NCBI GenBank assembly: GCA_028708035.1
Contig: JAQVZU010000003.1
Span: 1 to 58,639, forward strand
Source of the DNA: Alphaproteobacteria bacterium
GTDB taxonomy: Bacteria; Pseudomonadota; Alphaproteobacteria; UBA9219
Direction: 5' to 3'
DNA: 58,639 nucleotides
This document shows, in pieces, positions 58,411-58,639 of this stretch; the stretch's first letter is position 1; every line of letters begins with the position of its first letter. The notes under the pieces are model-generated. The model was not told the DNA's origin. It ran no database searches and was given only the letters and a program-made list of their open reading frames with translations. The position numbers were made by a program, and so were the translations under genes.

Positions 58411-58639
58411 CCCGGATCACCGCGCCATCAACAGTGGCTCCGCATGCATCCAGAATAAGCCACGGAACGGAAAAAAACGAAGCTCGCTTCATCTCCGATC
58501 CCTTTTATCCGCGAACCCTTCGATAAACGAAAGAACGATCCCGCCGATCCCTTGATGATCCGCTGCTTTGGGATTTATGGCCGCCTCGGCGCCATCCTTC
58601 AACTGCTTCATTTGCCACAAAGTGATGCCGAACAGCATC

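Noticed and set aside
58411-58639. tmRNA or an identifiable CDS downstream of smpB
   Set aside because: No tRNA-like ends or tag reading frame recognised; the open frames here show no family motif.

Overview
58.6-kb chromosomal window from an alphaproteobacterium (16S and housekeeping genes look Rhodospirillales-like). It opens with the 5' ~1350 nt of a minus-strand 16S rRNA gene and its leader/promoter. Most of the window is core genes for translation, envelope and central carbon metabolism (rlmI, waaA-lpxK, rpsF-rpsR-rplI, carD, fdxA, mreB, rsmI, rpe, class I lysS, glyA, greB, sppA-murG, tkt-gap, rnd, clpS, galE, hisS, a large PBP, slt, smpB), and several genes lack their usual operon partners. 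The accessory hotspot is ~19.97-29.7 kb, anchored on tRNA-Ser(GCT). In order it holds an ISAs1 scar, a possible transposon end, the tRNA with integrase arm-like repeats, a decayed phage-satellite-like replication module (DUF3631-like rep plus an iteron ori), a truncated IS630 fused directly onto the first repeat of a 4-repeat/3-spacer CRISPR array, an apparently intact compact type II-C cas9-cas1-cas2 operon with a ~84-nt tracrRNA, and a secreted beta-helix/TIM-barrel protein. The most notable sequence-level observations are: every CRISPR repeat carries a full sigma70-like promoter (TTGACG-N16-TAAAAT); the cas9 and tracrRNA promoters are interleaved; and IS630 sequence sits in the guide position of repeat 1, which could yield an IS-targeting crRNA. 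All family assignments come from motifs recognised by eye; no database searches were run.
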